64,000 nucleotides of DNA from Halobacteria archaeon (GCA_036733165.1 DAINBB010000003.1:7546-71545), one strand, 5' to 3'; shown: positions 29,393 to 39,641, numbered from the stretch's first letter. Program-made: numbers and translations. The notes: generated by a model from the letters alone, not told the origin.

Positions 29393-30826
29393 TCATCTTG
29401 CCTCGTAGAAGGCCTTGAACCCTTTCTTTGTCATCCAGAGGTCTGCCTTTGATGCGATTTCGAAGGAAGAGTGCATGGACAATAGGGCAGGCCCGACGTC
29501 CACGACCTCCATGCCTAGGCGCGCCATGTACTTGGCTATCGTACCGCCGCCTCCCTCATCGACCTTTCCCAGTTCACCGGACTGCCAGACGATGTTGTTG
29601 TCGTTGAATATCTTCCTTATCTCTGAGACGAATTCGGCATTCGCATCGTTGGCCTCATATTTGCCGCTGGTACCGCTGTACTTTTGGATATAGAGGCCGT
29701 TCCCGAGCCTGGGTGCATTGTTCTCCTCGTGGACCTTTGGGAAGTTCGGATTCAGTGCGGCGCCGACATCGGAGGATATCGTCTTTCCGCCCATAAGGGC
29801 GTCCATAAGCTTCTGATTCGTTGTTTCACCCTGGATTGACATCATCTTAGACAGTGCCCAAGGGAAGAAGTTGCTTTGCATGGCGGTGTTGCCTTCGGAG
29901 TGGGTCTCCTCCTTGTCTGCCAGGAAGACTATCGATGTGTACTCCGGCACATCCATCTCCATCAAGGCCTTGAGCGAACAGAATACGCATATCCTGTCGT
30001 CCTGGCCATATGCGCCGATCATGCTCATGTCTATTCCGACATTCCTTGACTTTCCTGCCGGAACGGCCTCGATCTCCGCTGACACGAAGTCCTCTTCAGT
30101 TATGCCATACTTCTCATACAACAGCTTCAGCGCCATCATCTTTGTCTTCGTATCCATCTTCGTGTCCTTGTCTGGAATGCTTGAGAAGAGTATGTTAAGT
30201 TCCTCGCCCTTGATGACGTCCGGGGTCTTCCTTTCGTACTGGACCTTCTTGGACAGGTGTATCAGGATGTCGTTGACGGTGAACACGGGTTCGTCCTCGT
30301 TCTCGCCTATGGTGATGTCCACCCTGCTGCCGTCCCTTTTGTATACGACCCCGTGCAGTGCAAGGGGTATATTCGCGAAATGGTACTTCTTGATGCCGCC
30401 GTAGTAATGGGTCTTGAGCATTGCAAATTTCTTGGTCTCGATCAACGGATTTGGCTTGAGGTCAAGCCTTGGCGAGTCGACATGCGAGCCGATCATCCTG
30501 AATCCCTCGCTCAATGGCCTTTTTCCAATGACGAAGAGCACGATGTTCTTTTCCTTGTTCTTGACATATACCCTTTTTCCCGCCATTGTCCCTTTTCCAT
30601 CTTTCTTGAAAGATGCCTCGAGATCCTCTATTGGGACGAATCCGTCTTTTAGTGCCATCCTCTCGGAAAGTTCCACGACCTCCCTTTCGGTCTTTGCGTT
30701 ATCTATGAAGTCCCTGTACTCCCTTGAGAGCACTTCTATCTCATCTTTTTCGTCATCCCCTATGACGTTCCATACGGATTTCCTGTTCAACGTCAATTCC
30801 TCGTCAGTCAGCATAGAATTCCCCAC
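29393..30826 (-). CDS. M18-family aminopeptidase (aspartyl aminopeptidase-like)
   Basis: GSHVDSPRLDLKPNP (the AHTDSP-type motif), 477 aa. Confidence 0.7.
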   Translation of the reverse strand: MGNSMLTDEELTLNRKSVWNVIGDDEKDEIEVLSREYRDFIDNAKTEREVVELSERMALKDGFVPIEDLEASFKKDGKGTMAGKRVYVKNKEKNIVLFVIGKRPLSEGFRMIGSHVDSPRLDLKPNPLIETKKFAMLKTHYYGGIKKYHFANIPLALHGVVYKRDGSRVDITIGENEDEPVFTVNDILIHLSKKVQYERKTPDVIKGEELNILFSSIPDKDTKMDTKTKMMALKLLYEKYGITEEDFVSAEIEAVPAGKSRNVGIDMSMIGAYGQDDRICVFCSLKALMEMDVPEYTSIVFLADKEETHSEGNTAMQSNFFPWALSKMMSIQGETTNQKLMDALMGGKTISSDVGAALNPNFPKVHEENNAPRLGNGLYIQKYSGTSGKYEANDANAEFVSEIRKIFNDNNIVWQSGELGKVDEGGGGTIAKYMARLGMEVVDVGPALLSMHSSFEIASKADLWMTKKGFKAFYEAR

Positions 30827-30917
30827 GTTCGATAAACGATTGTAAATTTATAGCTTATTAGGGGGAGAAACCTTTTTAAAAACTTTGCATATCCCTTATA
30901 TAACGGCTGTGAAAATC

Positions 30918-31142
30918 ATGAAAGAGAAGGTAAAAGAAGTATTGGACAAGATTCGCCCAATGCTACAGGCGGATGGCGGGGATGTCGAACTTGTCGATGT
31001 CGATGAGGAGACAGGGAAGGTCATGGTGAAACTTACAGGTGCATGCGGCGGGTGTCCCATGTCCCAGATGACCTTGAAGTTCGGTATAGAGGCCGAACTG
31101 AAGAAGGAGATCCCAGAGGTCACGGAAGTAGTCAACCTTTGA
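30918..31142 (+). CDS. NifU-like (Nfu) Fe-S cluster scaffold domain protein
   Basis: LTGACGGCPMSQMTL CxxC motif of the NifU C-terminal domain; start set at ATG 30918. Confidence 0.7.
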   Translation: MKEKVKEVLDKIRPMLQADGGDVELVDVDEETGKVMVKLTGACGGCPMSQMTLKFGIEAELKKEIPEVTEVVNL

Positions 31143-31154
31143 TTTTTTGGATTT

Positions 31155-31481
31155 TTATTTTGATTCCTCTTTTTTTATACGCTTAGCTTCTGCCTTGATC
31201 CTCTTTTTCTCGATCTTGAGGCGTTCTTTCTCCGGTCCGTCGTCATTGTCAGTGATCAAGGTATTTTCTTCATTTTTTAGAATATGTTCACGATTGTGGC
31301 TATATGTCAGTAAAATCGCAATAAGCGCATATAGGCAAAGCCCCCCCACTATAACATAGACCATGCGTTCTGGAACTTCAGGATAGAATCTGGTAATCGC
31401 GAAAAATATAGATAACAATGCCAATGCGGCCCATGCATGATGCTTGTACCATCCGTAGCTTCTCTTTGCATCATCGCCCAT
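31155..31481 (-). CDS. Small membrane protein with a lysine-rich C-terminal tail (hypothetical)
   Basis: 108 aa, two TM helices. Confidence 0.4.
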   Translation of the reverse strand: MGDDAKRSYGWYKHHAWAALALLSIFFAITRFYPEVPERMVYVIVGGLCLYALIAILLTYSHNREHILKNEENTLITDNDDGPEKERLKIEKKRIKAEAKRIKKEESK

Positions 31482-31518
31482 TACAATAGATTGTGTGGGC
31501 TATCTATTAATAATATCG

Positions 31519-32283
31519 CTACAGTTCCAGCTCCAGTGCAATGGGGCAATGGTCGCTGCCCATGACGTCAGAGAGCATGTAGGATGCCTTCACGTTGCCG
31601 ACAAGCCCCTTGCTGACATAGAAGTAGTCTAGCCTCCAACCGACGTTCCTTTCCCGTGCCCTTGTCTTGTAGTCCCACCAGCTGTAGTGTCCGCCTTCAT
31701 CGTTAAACAGTCTGAACGTGTCTACAAGCCCGTTCTCGATGAATCTGTCCAGCCATTCCCTCTCCTCTGGCAGGAATCCGGAGGCCATCTCGTTCTCTTT
31801 GGGTCTGGCGATGTCCTTTTCTGTGTGGGCGGTATTCACATCGCCGCATACCACCAAGTCCATCCCTTTTGACATCATGTCCTTGCACTGTTCGATGAAC
31901 ACCTTGTAAAAGTCCATTTTGTACTCCAGCCTCTCCTTGGACATCTTTCCGTTCGGAAAGTATATGTTCATAAGATGGAATCTGTCGTAATCGGCAACGA
32001 TTATCCTTCCTTCATCCTCGACATCACCGAAATAGAACGTTTTATTGACAGATGTTGGGGATTGCCTGGTGTATATCGCGACACCACTGTAACCTCTTCG
32101 CTCAGGATACGAGAAAATGGCATCATACCCTTCTATATATCTCAGGTCCAGGGGAAGCTGATCCTCATGGGACTTGGTCTCCTGGATGCAGAGGATGTCA
32201 GGCCCCACAGACCTGAACCATTCCAGAAATCCCTTCTTGTACACTGCCCTGAGGCCATTGACGTTCCATGAGACGATCTGCAT
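31519..32283 (-). CDS. xth: Exodeoxyribonuclease III (Xth/APE1 family)
   Basis: [13 protein letters not shown], …QETK…, SDHCP motifs; 254 aa. Confidence 0.85.
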   Translation of the reverse strand: MQIVSWNVNGLRAVYKKGFLEWFRSVGPDILCIQETKSHEDQLPLDLRYIEGYDAIFSYPERRGYSGVAIYTRQSPTSVNKTFYFGDVEDEGRIIVADYDRFHLMNIYFPNGKMSKERLEYKMDFYKVFIEQCKDMMSKGMDLVVCGDVNTAHTEKDIARPKENEMASGFLPEEREWLDRFIENGLVDTFRLFNDEGGHYSWWDYKTRARERNVGWRLDYFYVSKGLVGNVKASYMLSDVMGSDHCPIALELEL

Positions 32284-32310
32284 TTGAATCAGAAAAGGAA
32301 AATGGAAAGG

Positions 32311-32946
32311 TCAATCGACCTTCTTGTAGCAGAACCACCAGTCCTTGCACTCGAGGCTGTCGTCCTTGAGCCTTTTCTCCGCTTCCTCGACAGTGGTCGC
32401 GGGCGGAACTATGGCCCTGCCGCCTATGAACTCGTTGTTCGGCCAGTTGGCGGGCGCGGCAACCTTGTTCTTGTCCGTGAACTGGAGCGCCTTGACTATC
32501 CTCACTATCTCATCGAGGTTTCTTCCGATCTCCTGTGGATAGTATAGTATTACCCTTATTATGCTGTTCGGGTCTACAACGAACACCGCCCTGACGGTGT
32601 TGGAACCCTTGTTTGGATGAAGCATTCCAAGCATCTTTGAAAGTTTCCCATGGTCGGCGATAACTGGGAAAGGTATCTTTACACCAAGATTCTCTTCTAT
32701 CCATTGGACCCACATGATGTGTGAGAATACTTGGTCTATCGAGAGCCCTATTAGTTCACAGTTGAGCTCCTTGAGTTCAGGCGCCTTCTTTGCGAACCCT
32801 GCAAACTCGGTAGTGCATACTGGAGTGAAGTCACCTGGGTGACTAAAAAGGATGAACCATTTTCCCGAATATTCATTGGGAAGTATCTTCCTTCCCATGG
32901 TAGTTACCACCTTGACCTCCGGGAACTTATCCCCGATGAGGGGCAT
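32311..32946 (-). CDS. Peroxiredoxin (1-Cys/Prx6-type thiol peroxidase)
   Basis: [19 protein letters not shown] peroxidatic Cys motif; start set at [10 protein letters not shown]. Confidence 0.85.
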   Translation of the reverse strand: MPLIGDKFPEVKVVTTMGRKILPNEYSGKWFILFSHPGDFTPVCTTEFAGFAKKAPELKELNCELIGLSIDQVFSHIMWVQWIEENLGVKIPFPVIADHGKLSKMLGMLHPNKGSNTVRAVFVVDPNSIIRVILYYPQEIGRNLDEIVRIVKALQFTDKNKVAAPANWPNNEFIGGRAIVPPATTVEEAEKRLKDDSLECKDWWFCYKKVD

Positions 32947-33085
32947 GCTTCTTTCTTCTTCACACATTTCAATACCTCTTTTGATTTGTGATAATCGTTA
33001 TGTTGGGGGATTATAATAATTTTTTTCAGAAAAGCATTAAAAACTTGTAGAAAATATGAATACAAAGAAAAAAAGGAGGTATCTC

Positions 33086-33202
33086 ATGACGAAGGTAGGA
33101 GAAAAGTACATCTGCGACATATGCGGAAACGAGGTCGAGGTCGTCAAGGCCGGAGGCGGGACGCTTGTATGTTGCGGAGTAAAGATGAGACTTACAGATT
33201 AA
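33086..33202 (+). CDS. dsr: Desulforedoxin (37 aa), absent from the ORF track
   Basis: MTKVGEKYICDICGNEVEVVKAGGGTLVCCGVKMRLTD with the CxxC…GGGTLVCCG desulforedoxin signature. RBS GGAGGT 6 nt upstream. Confidence 0.7.
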   Translation: MTKVGEKYICDICGNEVEVVKAGGGTLVCCGVKMRLTD

Positions 33203-33208
33203 TCTGAG

Positions 33209-33225
33209 TCCATGCCCTGCATGGA
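33209..33225 (+). other. Short hairpin TCCATG-ccctg-CATGGA followed by a C/T-rich tract between dsr and fprA
   Basis: 6-bp inverted repeat read from sequence. Confidence 0.25.
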
Positions 33226-33251
33226 CCCTTCCCTTTTCAAGGGGGATCCCA

Positions 33252-34442
33252 ATGAACAAAATAGAGTTGAAGAACGGTATATACTGGGTCGGGGCTATAG
33301 ATTGGAATCTCCGCGATTTCCACGGATACAAAACGCCGAACGGGTCTACATATAATGCATATCTCGTAGTTGGCGAGAAGATTGCATTGATAGACACGGT
33401 GAAGAGACCTTTTCTGAACGACCTTGTTGAAAACATCAGGAACATAGTGGAACCTGAGAAGATCGATTATCTTATAGTAAACCATGTCGAGATGGACCAT
33501 TCAGGTTCATTCCCGGAGATCGTGAAACTGCTCAAGAACGCCCGCATTGTCGCCACCAAGGAGGGCAAGGAGGAACTTTTGAAGCACCACGGCAAGGATT
33601 ATGACATAACGGTCGTGGAGGACGGTGACACGATATCCCTGGGCAACAAGACCCTCAGATTCATAAAGACTCCGATGCTGCATTGGCCCGACTCGATGAT
33701 GACATATGTCCAGGAGGACAAGGTGATATTTACTTCGGACGCCTTTGGCCAACATTACGCCTCCACAGAAAGGTTCGACGACGAGCTTGACGAGAAGACG
33801 CTCTATGACGCGGCTGGGGAATACTATTCCAACATACTTTGGCTCTACAGCCCGCTTGTATCACGCCTGATCGAGAAGGTGATGGACATGGGCATCAAGC
33901 TGGAGATGGTGGCACCCGACCATGGCATAATATGGAGAAACGACCCGCATAAACCCATAAACTGGTATTGCGAGTGGGCAAATGGAAAGTCTGTGAACAA
34001 GGTGTTGCTGGTATATGAAACGATGTGGGGCTCCACGGAAAAGATGGCCAGGGCGATAGCCAAGGGAATAACAGACCAGGGAATGAACGTCAAGCTGATG
34101 AAGCTTAAGGAGACCGAATACAGCTACGTGATCAAGGAACTGCTCGGGTGCAGAGGCATACTTGTGGGCACACCTACCCTCAACAACAACATGTTCCCCT
34201 CCATGGGCGGTTTTCTGACATATCTTAAAGGGCTCAGGCCAAAGGGAAGGATAGGAGCGACCTTTGGTTCCTATGGCTGGGGCGGCGGTGCGTGCAAGGC
34301 CGCGGAGGAGATGCTGGACGAGGCGGGTGTCAGGATAGCGTTCCCGCCACTGGAGCTTAAATGGGTCCCTACGGCCGAAGAGCTCGAGGACTGTTACACC
34401 TTTGGAAAGGAGTTTGCATCTAAAGCTATGGAGAAGATATAG
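33252..34442 (+). CDS. fprA: Flavodiiron protein FprA (metallo-beta-lactamase-like diiron domain + flavodoxin domain)
   Basis: HVEMDHSGS (HxExDH) motif plus a C-terminal flavodoxin-like domain; 396 aa. Confidence 0.85.
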   Translation: MNKIELKNGIYWVGAIDWNLRDFHGYKTPNGSTYNAYLVVGEKIALIDTVKRPFLNDLVENIRNIVEPEKIDYLIVNHVEMDHSGSFPEIVKLLKNARIVATKEGKEELLKHHGKDYDITVVEDGDTISLGNKTLRFIKTPMLHWPDSMMTYVQEDKVIFTSDAFGQHYASTERFDDELDEKTLYDAAGEYYSNILWLYSPLVSRLIEKVMDMGIKLEMVAPDHGIIWRNDPHKPINWYCEWANGKSVNKVLLVYETMWGSTEKMARAIAKGITDQGMNVKLMKLKETEYSYVIKELLGCRGILVGTPTLNNNMFPSMGGFLTYLKGLRPKGRIGATFGSYGWGGGACKAAEEMLDEAGVRIAFPPLELKWVPTAEELEDCYTFGKEFASKAMEKI

Positions 34443-35342
34443 TTGGAGAAACAGGATCTTAAGAATGAGGCATGGAAGAAGGTCGGCACAAAGTTTGCAC
34501 ATATAACAAGTGTCCATCCATGCTACAATGAGGATGCGCATCACAAAAACGCCAGGATACACCTCCCAGTGGCCCCGAAATGCAACATCCAATGCAGATT
34601 CTGCAGCAGGGGTCTGGACAAGTGTGCCAATCGGCCTGGCGCCTATTCCCACCTATTGAGCCCCGAGGGGGCTGTGGAACGGGTCAGGGAGGCGAAGAAG
34701 AAGTATAGGACGCTCCGGGTGGTCGGAATAGCGGGCCCGGGCGAACCATTGTTCAACCTCGAGACGTTCGAGACATTGTCAATGGTTGACAAGGCGTTCC
34801 CGAAACTATACAAGTGCATAGCCACCAACGGCCTCCTATTGCCAAAGAAAGTGGACATCCTCAAGAGCAACAACGTCGGCAGCGTCACCGTGACGGTGAA
34901 CGGCCTGGACCCGGATGTCGTTTCACAGATAGTGTCATGGGTGGTGTACGAGGGCAAGCTGTACAAGGACGAAAGGGGCGCCGAGAAGCTGATAGAGAAT
35001 CAGCTTGAAGGGATCGAAAAGGCCGTTAATGCGGGAATGGTGGTGAAGGTCAACACGGTCCTCATACCTTCCATCAACATGGACGAGGTAGAGATGATAG
35101 CAAAGACCGCATCCGAGCTTGGCGCATGGATAATGAACATCATCCCACTGATACCGCTCAACGATTTCTCAGACATGGAACCGCCGGGTTGCGATGACCT
35201 CAAGAGGGCAAGGCAGATGGCCGAGAAGCATATAAATCAGTTCAGGCTCTGCAAACAGTGCAGGGCGGATTCCTGCGGCGTTCCGGGAAAAGAGGACCAT
35301 TCAATACCAAGGACCTGCGCATCAGAATATTTCCATGGGTGA
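34443..35342 (+). CDS. NifB-like radical SAM protein (minimal NifB, no NifX domain), apparent TTG start abutting the fprA stop
   Basis: HPCYNEDAHHKNARIHLPVAPKCNIQCRFCSRGLDKCANRPG is nearly the NifB signature (HPCY…AHH…ARMH…VAP.[21 protein letters not shown]). There is no in-frame ATG before this motif. Confidence 0.7.
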   Translation: MEKQDLKNEAWKKVGTKFAHITSVHPCYNEDAHHKNARIHLPVAPKCNIQCRFCSRGLDKCANRPGAYSHLLSPEGAVERVREAKKKYRTLRVVGIAGPGEPLFNLETFETLSMVDKAFPKLYKCIATNGLLLPKKVDILKSNNVGSVTVTVNGLDPDVVSQIVSWVVYEGKLYKDERGAEKLIENQLEGIEKAVNAGMVVKVNTVLIPSINMDEVEMIAKTASELGAWIMNIIPLIPLNDFSDMEPPGCDDLKRARQMAEKHINQFRLCKQCRADSCGVPGKEDHSIPRTCASEYFHG

Positions 35343-35348
35343 TCCGGC

Positions 35349-37685
35349 ATGGAAGGGAGGTTCCATCTCGAGGGAATACACTGTGCAGGGTGTGTGAAGA
35401 AGATAGAGGATGCACTAAGGTCCCTTGATGGCGTGAAAGATGTGGCCATCAACCTTGCATCCAATTCTGGAACAGTCGATTACGATGAATCCGTTGTAGA
35501 CGGCAGGACGATATCGGCGAAGATATCCTCTCTGGGTTACAAGGTGAAGCTCGAGAGCGTCGTGGTGGACATAGTGGGCATGCACTGCGCCAACTGCGCG
35601 CTCGGTCTTGAGAAGGCCCTGGGCGGCACCGACGGCGTATCCAGTGCAAATGTGAACTTCAACACTGGCAGGGCGTTTGTCACCTACGACCCCTTGGCGT
35701 TCGATGCGGGGCTTATCAACGATATAGTTGAGAAGAGGGGGTACAAGGTCGCCTCAAGGGAGAAGACCGACGAGAAGGAAAGCAATCCGTATCTGAGGAC
35801 GTTCATCTTTACCTTGCTGCTCGCAGTTCCTGTCATATTCATCACCCACTTCACCGAGTTTGACAACAGGCCCATCGTGCTTTTCCTTTTGACAACGCCG
35901 ATACAGTTTATCTCGGGCTTTACATTCTACAGAAGCGCCCTCTACTCTCTCAAGGGTGGTAGCGCCAACATGGATGTCCTCGTGATGCTTGGGACATCTG
36001 CGGCATACTTCTATTCGGTGGGGACGACGTTCTTCTTCGAAGGCCCACTGTTCTTTGAGACCACCGCAATGCTCCTTTCGTTCATACTGCTGGGAAAACT
36101 GCTTGAGACATACGCCAAGGGTAGAACCTCCCAGGCCCTAAAGAAGCTGATGGCACTGCAGGTCAAGTTCGCACTGGTCGAACGCGACGGAAGACAGATA
36201 GAGGTGCCCATAGACTTCGTGAAGGAGGGAGACATAACGATAGTGAGGCCAGGGGAACGCGTGCCCGTGGACGGCATCGTCACTGAAGGGTATTCGACGG
36301 TGGACGAGTCCATGATAACGGGCGAGTCGATACCCAGGGAGAAGGTCGGGGGCGATGATGTCATAGGGGGCACCATAAACGGCAATGGCCTTCTGAAGGT
36401 AAGGGCCACCAAGGTGGGGGCGGATGCCATGCTATCCCAGATAATATCGTTTGTCGAGAAGACCCAGGGCACCAAGCCGCCCATACAAAGGTTCGCCGAC
36501 AGGGTGTCATCCTATTTCGTCCCGGCGATCATCATCATCGGCCTGACCACCTTCGCATTGTGGTATCTCGTCCTTGACGAGACATTCGTCTTCTCGCTGA
36601 CCAGGATGATAGCCGTGCTTGTCGTGGCGTGCCCATGCGCGCTGGGCCTTGCGACACCCACGGCCATTGCGGTCGGCACGGGTGTGGGGGCGAACAACGG
36701 CATCCTGATAAAGAGCGGCGAGGCGCTTGAGAAGGTCCAGGACGTCGACACGGTAGTGTTCGACAAGACGGGGACCCTGACCAGGGGAACGCCGGAGGTC
36801 ACTGACTACACATCCATGGATGTGCTCAGGTACGCTGCCAGCATTGAAAAGGGGTCTACGCATCCCCTTGCCGAGGCCATCGCCTCAAAGGCGGAGCAAG
36901 AGGGCATAGAACTGGCCGGCGTTGAAAAGCTGAACACGATCCCTGGAAGGGGCATCGAGGCCGAGATGGGCGGCAAGAGGTACCTTTTAGGCAATTCATC
37001 ATTATTGAAGGACAATCATATCCCGTTCAGGGAGGAGGGGGCCATACTTCTTGAAAACAGGGGAAACACCGTTGTGCACCTGGCAAGGGAGGGCGAGTAT
37101 CTGGGACATGTGGCTTTGGCAGACACGGTAAAGGACAATGCGCCCCGGGCGGTTGCAGACCTTCGCAGGAGGGGCATATCCGTATGGATGATCACGGGGG
37201 ACAATGAGAACACGGCCAGGGCCATATCACATCAGCTTGGCATAGACAACTTCATGTCCAACATACTTCCAAAGGACAAGGCGCTCAAGATAAAGGAGCT
37301 TCAGGACGGCGGAAAGAAGGTCGCGATGGTCGGCGACGGCATCAACGACGCGCCCGCCCTGATACAGGCGGACGCGGGGATAGCCATCGGCTCCGGTTCC
37401 GAGATAGCCATAGAATCCGGAGAGATAATACTGGTCGGTGACGACATAGGCGATGTCAACGTCTCCTTGTCCCTGTCCAAGAGCATATATTCGAAGATAA
37501 TGCAGAACATGTTCTGGGCGCTGTTCTACAATTCCCTGATGATCCCCATCGCCGCAGGGCTACTGTCGGGTCATGGCATAAACATGAGGCCCGAGCTGGC
37601 GGCGCTCGCCATGTCAATGTCCTCCGTGTCTGTGGTTTCCAACTCCCTTTTGTTAAGAAGATTTAAAATGAAGGATTCAGATTAG
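35349..37685 (+). CDS. copA: Cu+-translocating P1B-type ATPase CopA with two N-terminal HMA domains
   Basis: GIHCAGC and GMHCANC metal-binding sites; CPC, DKTGTLT, HP and [10 protein letters not shown] motifs. Confidence 0.9.
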   Translation: MEGRFHLEGIHCAGCVKKIEDALRSLDGVKDVAINLASNSGTVDYDESVVDGRTISAKISSLGYKVKLESVVVDIVGMHCANCALGLEKALGGTDGVSSANVNFNTGRAFVTYDPLAFDAGLINDIVEKRGYKVASREKTDEKESNPYLRTFIFTLLLAVPVIFITHFTEFDNRPIVLFLLTTPIQFISGFTFYRSALYSLKGGSANMDVLVMLGTSAAYFYSVGTTFFFEGPLFFETTAMLLSFILLGKLLETYAKGRTSQALKKLMALQVKFALVERDGRQIEVPIDFVKEGDITIVRPGERVPVDGIVTEGYSTVDESMITGESIPREKVGGDDVIGGTINGNGLLKVRATKVGADAMLSQIISFVEKTQGTKPPIQRFADRVSSYFVPAIIIIGLTTFALWYLVLDETFVFSLTRMIAVLVVACPCALGLATPTAIAVGTGVGANNGILIKSGEALEKVQDVDTVVFDKTGTLTRGTPEVTDYTSMDVLRYAASIEKGSTHPLAEAIASKAEQEGIELAGVEKLNTIPGRGIEAEMGGKRYLLGNSSLLKDNHIPFREEGAILLENRGNTVVHLAREGEYLGHVALADTVKDNAPRAVADLRRRGISVWMITGDNENTARAISHQLGIDNFMSNILPKDKALKIKELQDGGKKVAMVGDGINDAPALIQADAGIAIGSGSEIAIESGEIILVGDDIGDVNVSLSLSKSIYSKIMQNMFWALFYNSLMIPIAAGLLSGHGINMRPELAALAMSMSSVSVVSNSLLLRRFKMKDSD

Positions 37686-37705
37686 TGTGTTGGAGGTAGG
37701 AACAA

Positions 37706-38200
37706 ATGAGCAACCCCCTTGATCTGGCCATAAAGACCGAAAAGGACGGTATAGCGTTCTATAAGAAAGAAGCCGAAAAGAGTGGCGATGAAATGGGAAG
37801 GAAGATGTTCCTTTCATTCGTTGAGGATGAGAAGCGGCACCTTGAGATACTTCAAAAGATGTCATGCAAGGAACATGTCTGCATATCCGACATTGAGAAC
37901 TACAGTCCGAAAAAGAACCTCAAGACCATATTCTCTGAGATGAAGGAAGAGGAAAGGAAGGGTTCCATCGACACCTCGACGGACATTGGGGCGCTTGAGT
38001 TGGCCATGGAGATGGAAAGGATGGGCTATGACCAATACATGGAGGCAGCGAAGATGGAAAAGGACGAGGAACACAAGAGGATATACATGAAGCTTGCCCA
38101 GGAGGAGAAGGAGCACTTTGACCTTCTGCAGGAGGCAAGGAGCTATCTTGAAGACACAGGGAACTGGTACATGTGGTACGAGCACAAGTTCCCGACATAG
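37706..38200 (+). CDS. Ferritin-like diiron protein (rubrerythrin family, no rubredoxin domain)
   Basis: Two ExxH motifs (EDEKRH, EEKEH) in a four-helix pattern; RBS GGAGGT upstream. Confidence 0.6.
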   Translation: MSNPLDLAIKTEKDGIAFYKKEAEKSGDEMGRKMFLSFVEDEKRHLEILQKMSCKEHVCISDIENYSPKKNLKTIFSEMKEEERKGSIDTSTDIGALELAMEMERMGYDQYMEAAKMEKDEEHKRIYMKLAQEEKEHFDLLQEARSYLEDTGNWYMWYEHKFPT

Positions 38201-38319
38201 GAGATGAGATTATGTACGATGATGACGAAATGGAGACGTTGTTCTGCTTCGAGCCTTCGAAGCATGTTGGAAAGAGCAATGGCAGGGTACTTTACTTTCT
38301 ATACAACAAATATATGTAG

Positions 38320-38808
38320 GTGCTATGGGTGACATATACTGTTAAGGACATACTCAACATTGCCGTAAGGTCCGAAGAGGAGGCGGAACTGTACTATTCC
38401 CGCCTGGGCGACAAGACCGAAAATGTATTTTTTAAAGAAAAGTTACGGCAGCTATCGGCAGAGGAGAAGGGACACAAGGCCGTGATACTCTCATTGATGG
38501 GTGAACAAGGCGTGAATGTTGCCATAAGTGAGGAGAAGGCCGTATCCCTGGAGCTGCCTTCCCTGACGTTCGACGACTCAAAGCCCATGTCCTTGCTCAT
38601 AGAGGCGGCCATGGATGCAGAGAATGCGGCAAGGGTCTTTTACAAGACATTGTCGGAGAGTGTCGAGGAAGGACGCGAACGTGCGATGTTGGAGTACCTT
38701 GCATCGTTTGAAGCGTCCCATTATCACATGCTGGAGGCCGAGATGGCGGCCATCAAGCATTTCGAGGACTACGATGAGTTCAACGAGATGATGCATGTGG
38801 GGCCCTAA
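38320..38808 (+). CDS. Ferritin-like diiron protein, paralog of the upstream gene
   Basis: EEKGHKAV and EASHYHMLE ExxH motifs; GTG start (alternative GTG at 38329). Confidence 0.55.
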   Translation: MLWVTYTVKDILNIAVRSEEEAELYYSRLGDKTENVFFKEKLRQLSAEEKGHKAVILSLMGEQGVNVAISEEKAVSLELPSLTFDDSKPMSLLIEAAMDAENAARVFYKTLSESVEEGRERAMLEYLASFEASHYHMLEAEMAAIKHFEDYDEFNEMMHVGP

Positions 38809-39641
38809 GCCCTCATTTTCACCATTTCAATAAGCTCTTCTTTTGAGGAAAAACCATCCCTTGAGCCCATATTTCTCACGTTCAGCGCCGTACATGCCAC
38901 CCCCCACCTTCCGCATTCCTCAAGTCCGAACCCTTCTGTCAGGCCATAGATGAATCCCGCATCGAACGCGTCCCCGGCGCCCGTGGTGTCCAGGGCCTCA
39001 TCTTCCCAGCCCCGCACCCTGAGCGTGCCGTTGATGACGCAACCGCCGCCGTTCATCGTGACAACGATGTTCCCAGGGGGGTTTCCGTCGACCTCTTCCT
39101 GGTGCCTTCCGTATTCGTCCTCGTTCATGAAGAGGTAGTCCACCTTGTCCAGGATCCCCTCATGCAGCGAGTCCGAGGGGTCCCACGAGACCGTTATGCC
39201 ATGGCGCTCGGCGAATCTGACAATGCTTTCGGCCATTTTTTTCTTCACTGAGGACATATGGATGTGCGAGGCATTGTCATACTGGTCCTCGTCGAAGGGG
39301 ATGTCGTTGTTCGCTCCAGCGACCTTTATCATCCTCTTGTCCTGCCCGCACGAGATGATGGTGGCCAGACCAGTTCGCCTGCAGCTTCTTCCGATGGTCG
39401 TCGTGTCGACACCTGCCGACTTTAGATCCTCTATGGCATCGTCGCCAAGTCTGTCCCTTCCGACACACCCCACCATCCTGGCATCAGCACCCATCCTTGC
39501 CAACCACCATGCGGTGTTCGCGGCGGAACCACCCTGGCCGATATAATAGTAACGGGTGGTCACCTTCTCATGGCATCCTGGAAATCTGTCCAGCGAAAAG
39601 ATGATGTCCTGGTTGATGTTACCGCATAGGCATACTGTCAT
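38805..39641 (-). CDS. PfkB-family carbohydrate/nucleoside kinase
   Basis: N-terminal GG motif (GQGGSAAN) and C-terminal DTTGAGDAFDAGF anion-hole motif. Confidence 0.8.
   Translation of the reverse strand: MTVCLCGNINQDIIFSLDRFPGCHEKVTTRYYYIGQGGSAANTAWWLARMGADARMVGCVGRDRLGDDAIEDLKSAGVDTTTIGRSCRRTGLATIISCGQDKRMIKVAGANNDIPFDEDQYDNASHIHMSSVKKKMAESIVRFAERHGITVSWDPSDSLHEGILDKVDYLFMNEDEYGRHQEEVDGNPPGNIVVTMNGGGCVINGTLRVRGWEDEALDTTGAGDAFDAGFIYGLTEGFGLEECGRWGVACTALNVRNMGSRDGFSSKEELIEMVKMRA

Noticed and set aside
24092-31500. tRNA-Glu as an integration site with a downstream genomic island
   Set aside because: No integrase, recombinase, direct repeat of the tRNA 3' end, or phage or plasmid genes were found downstream. 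The content is metabolic or housekeeping.
33026-33445. 139-aa minus-strand ORF spanning the dsr-fprA junction
   Set aside because: It overlaps the well-supported desulforedoxin and FprA starts on the opposite strand. It has no RBS or motif.
38212-38319. 35-codon ORF (MYDDDEMETLFCFEPSKHVGKSNGRVLYFLYNKYM) between the two ferritin-like genes
   Set aside because: No RBS, no recognisable family, and it sits in a short intergenic spacer; likely chance.
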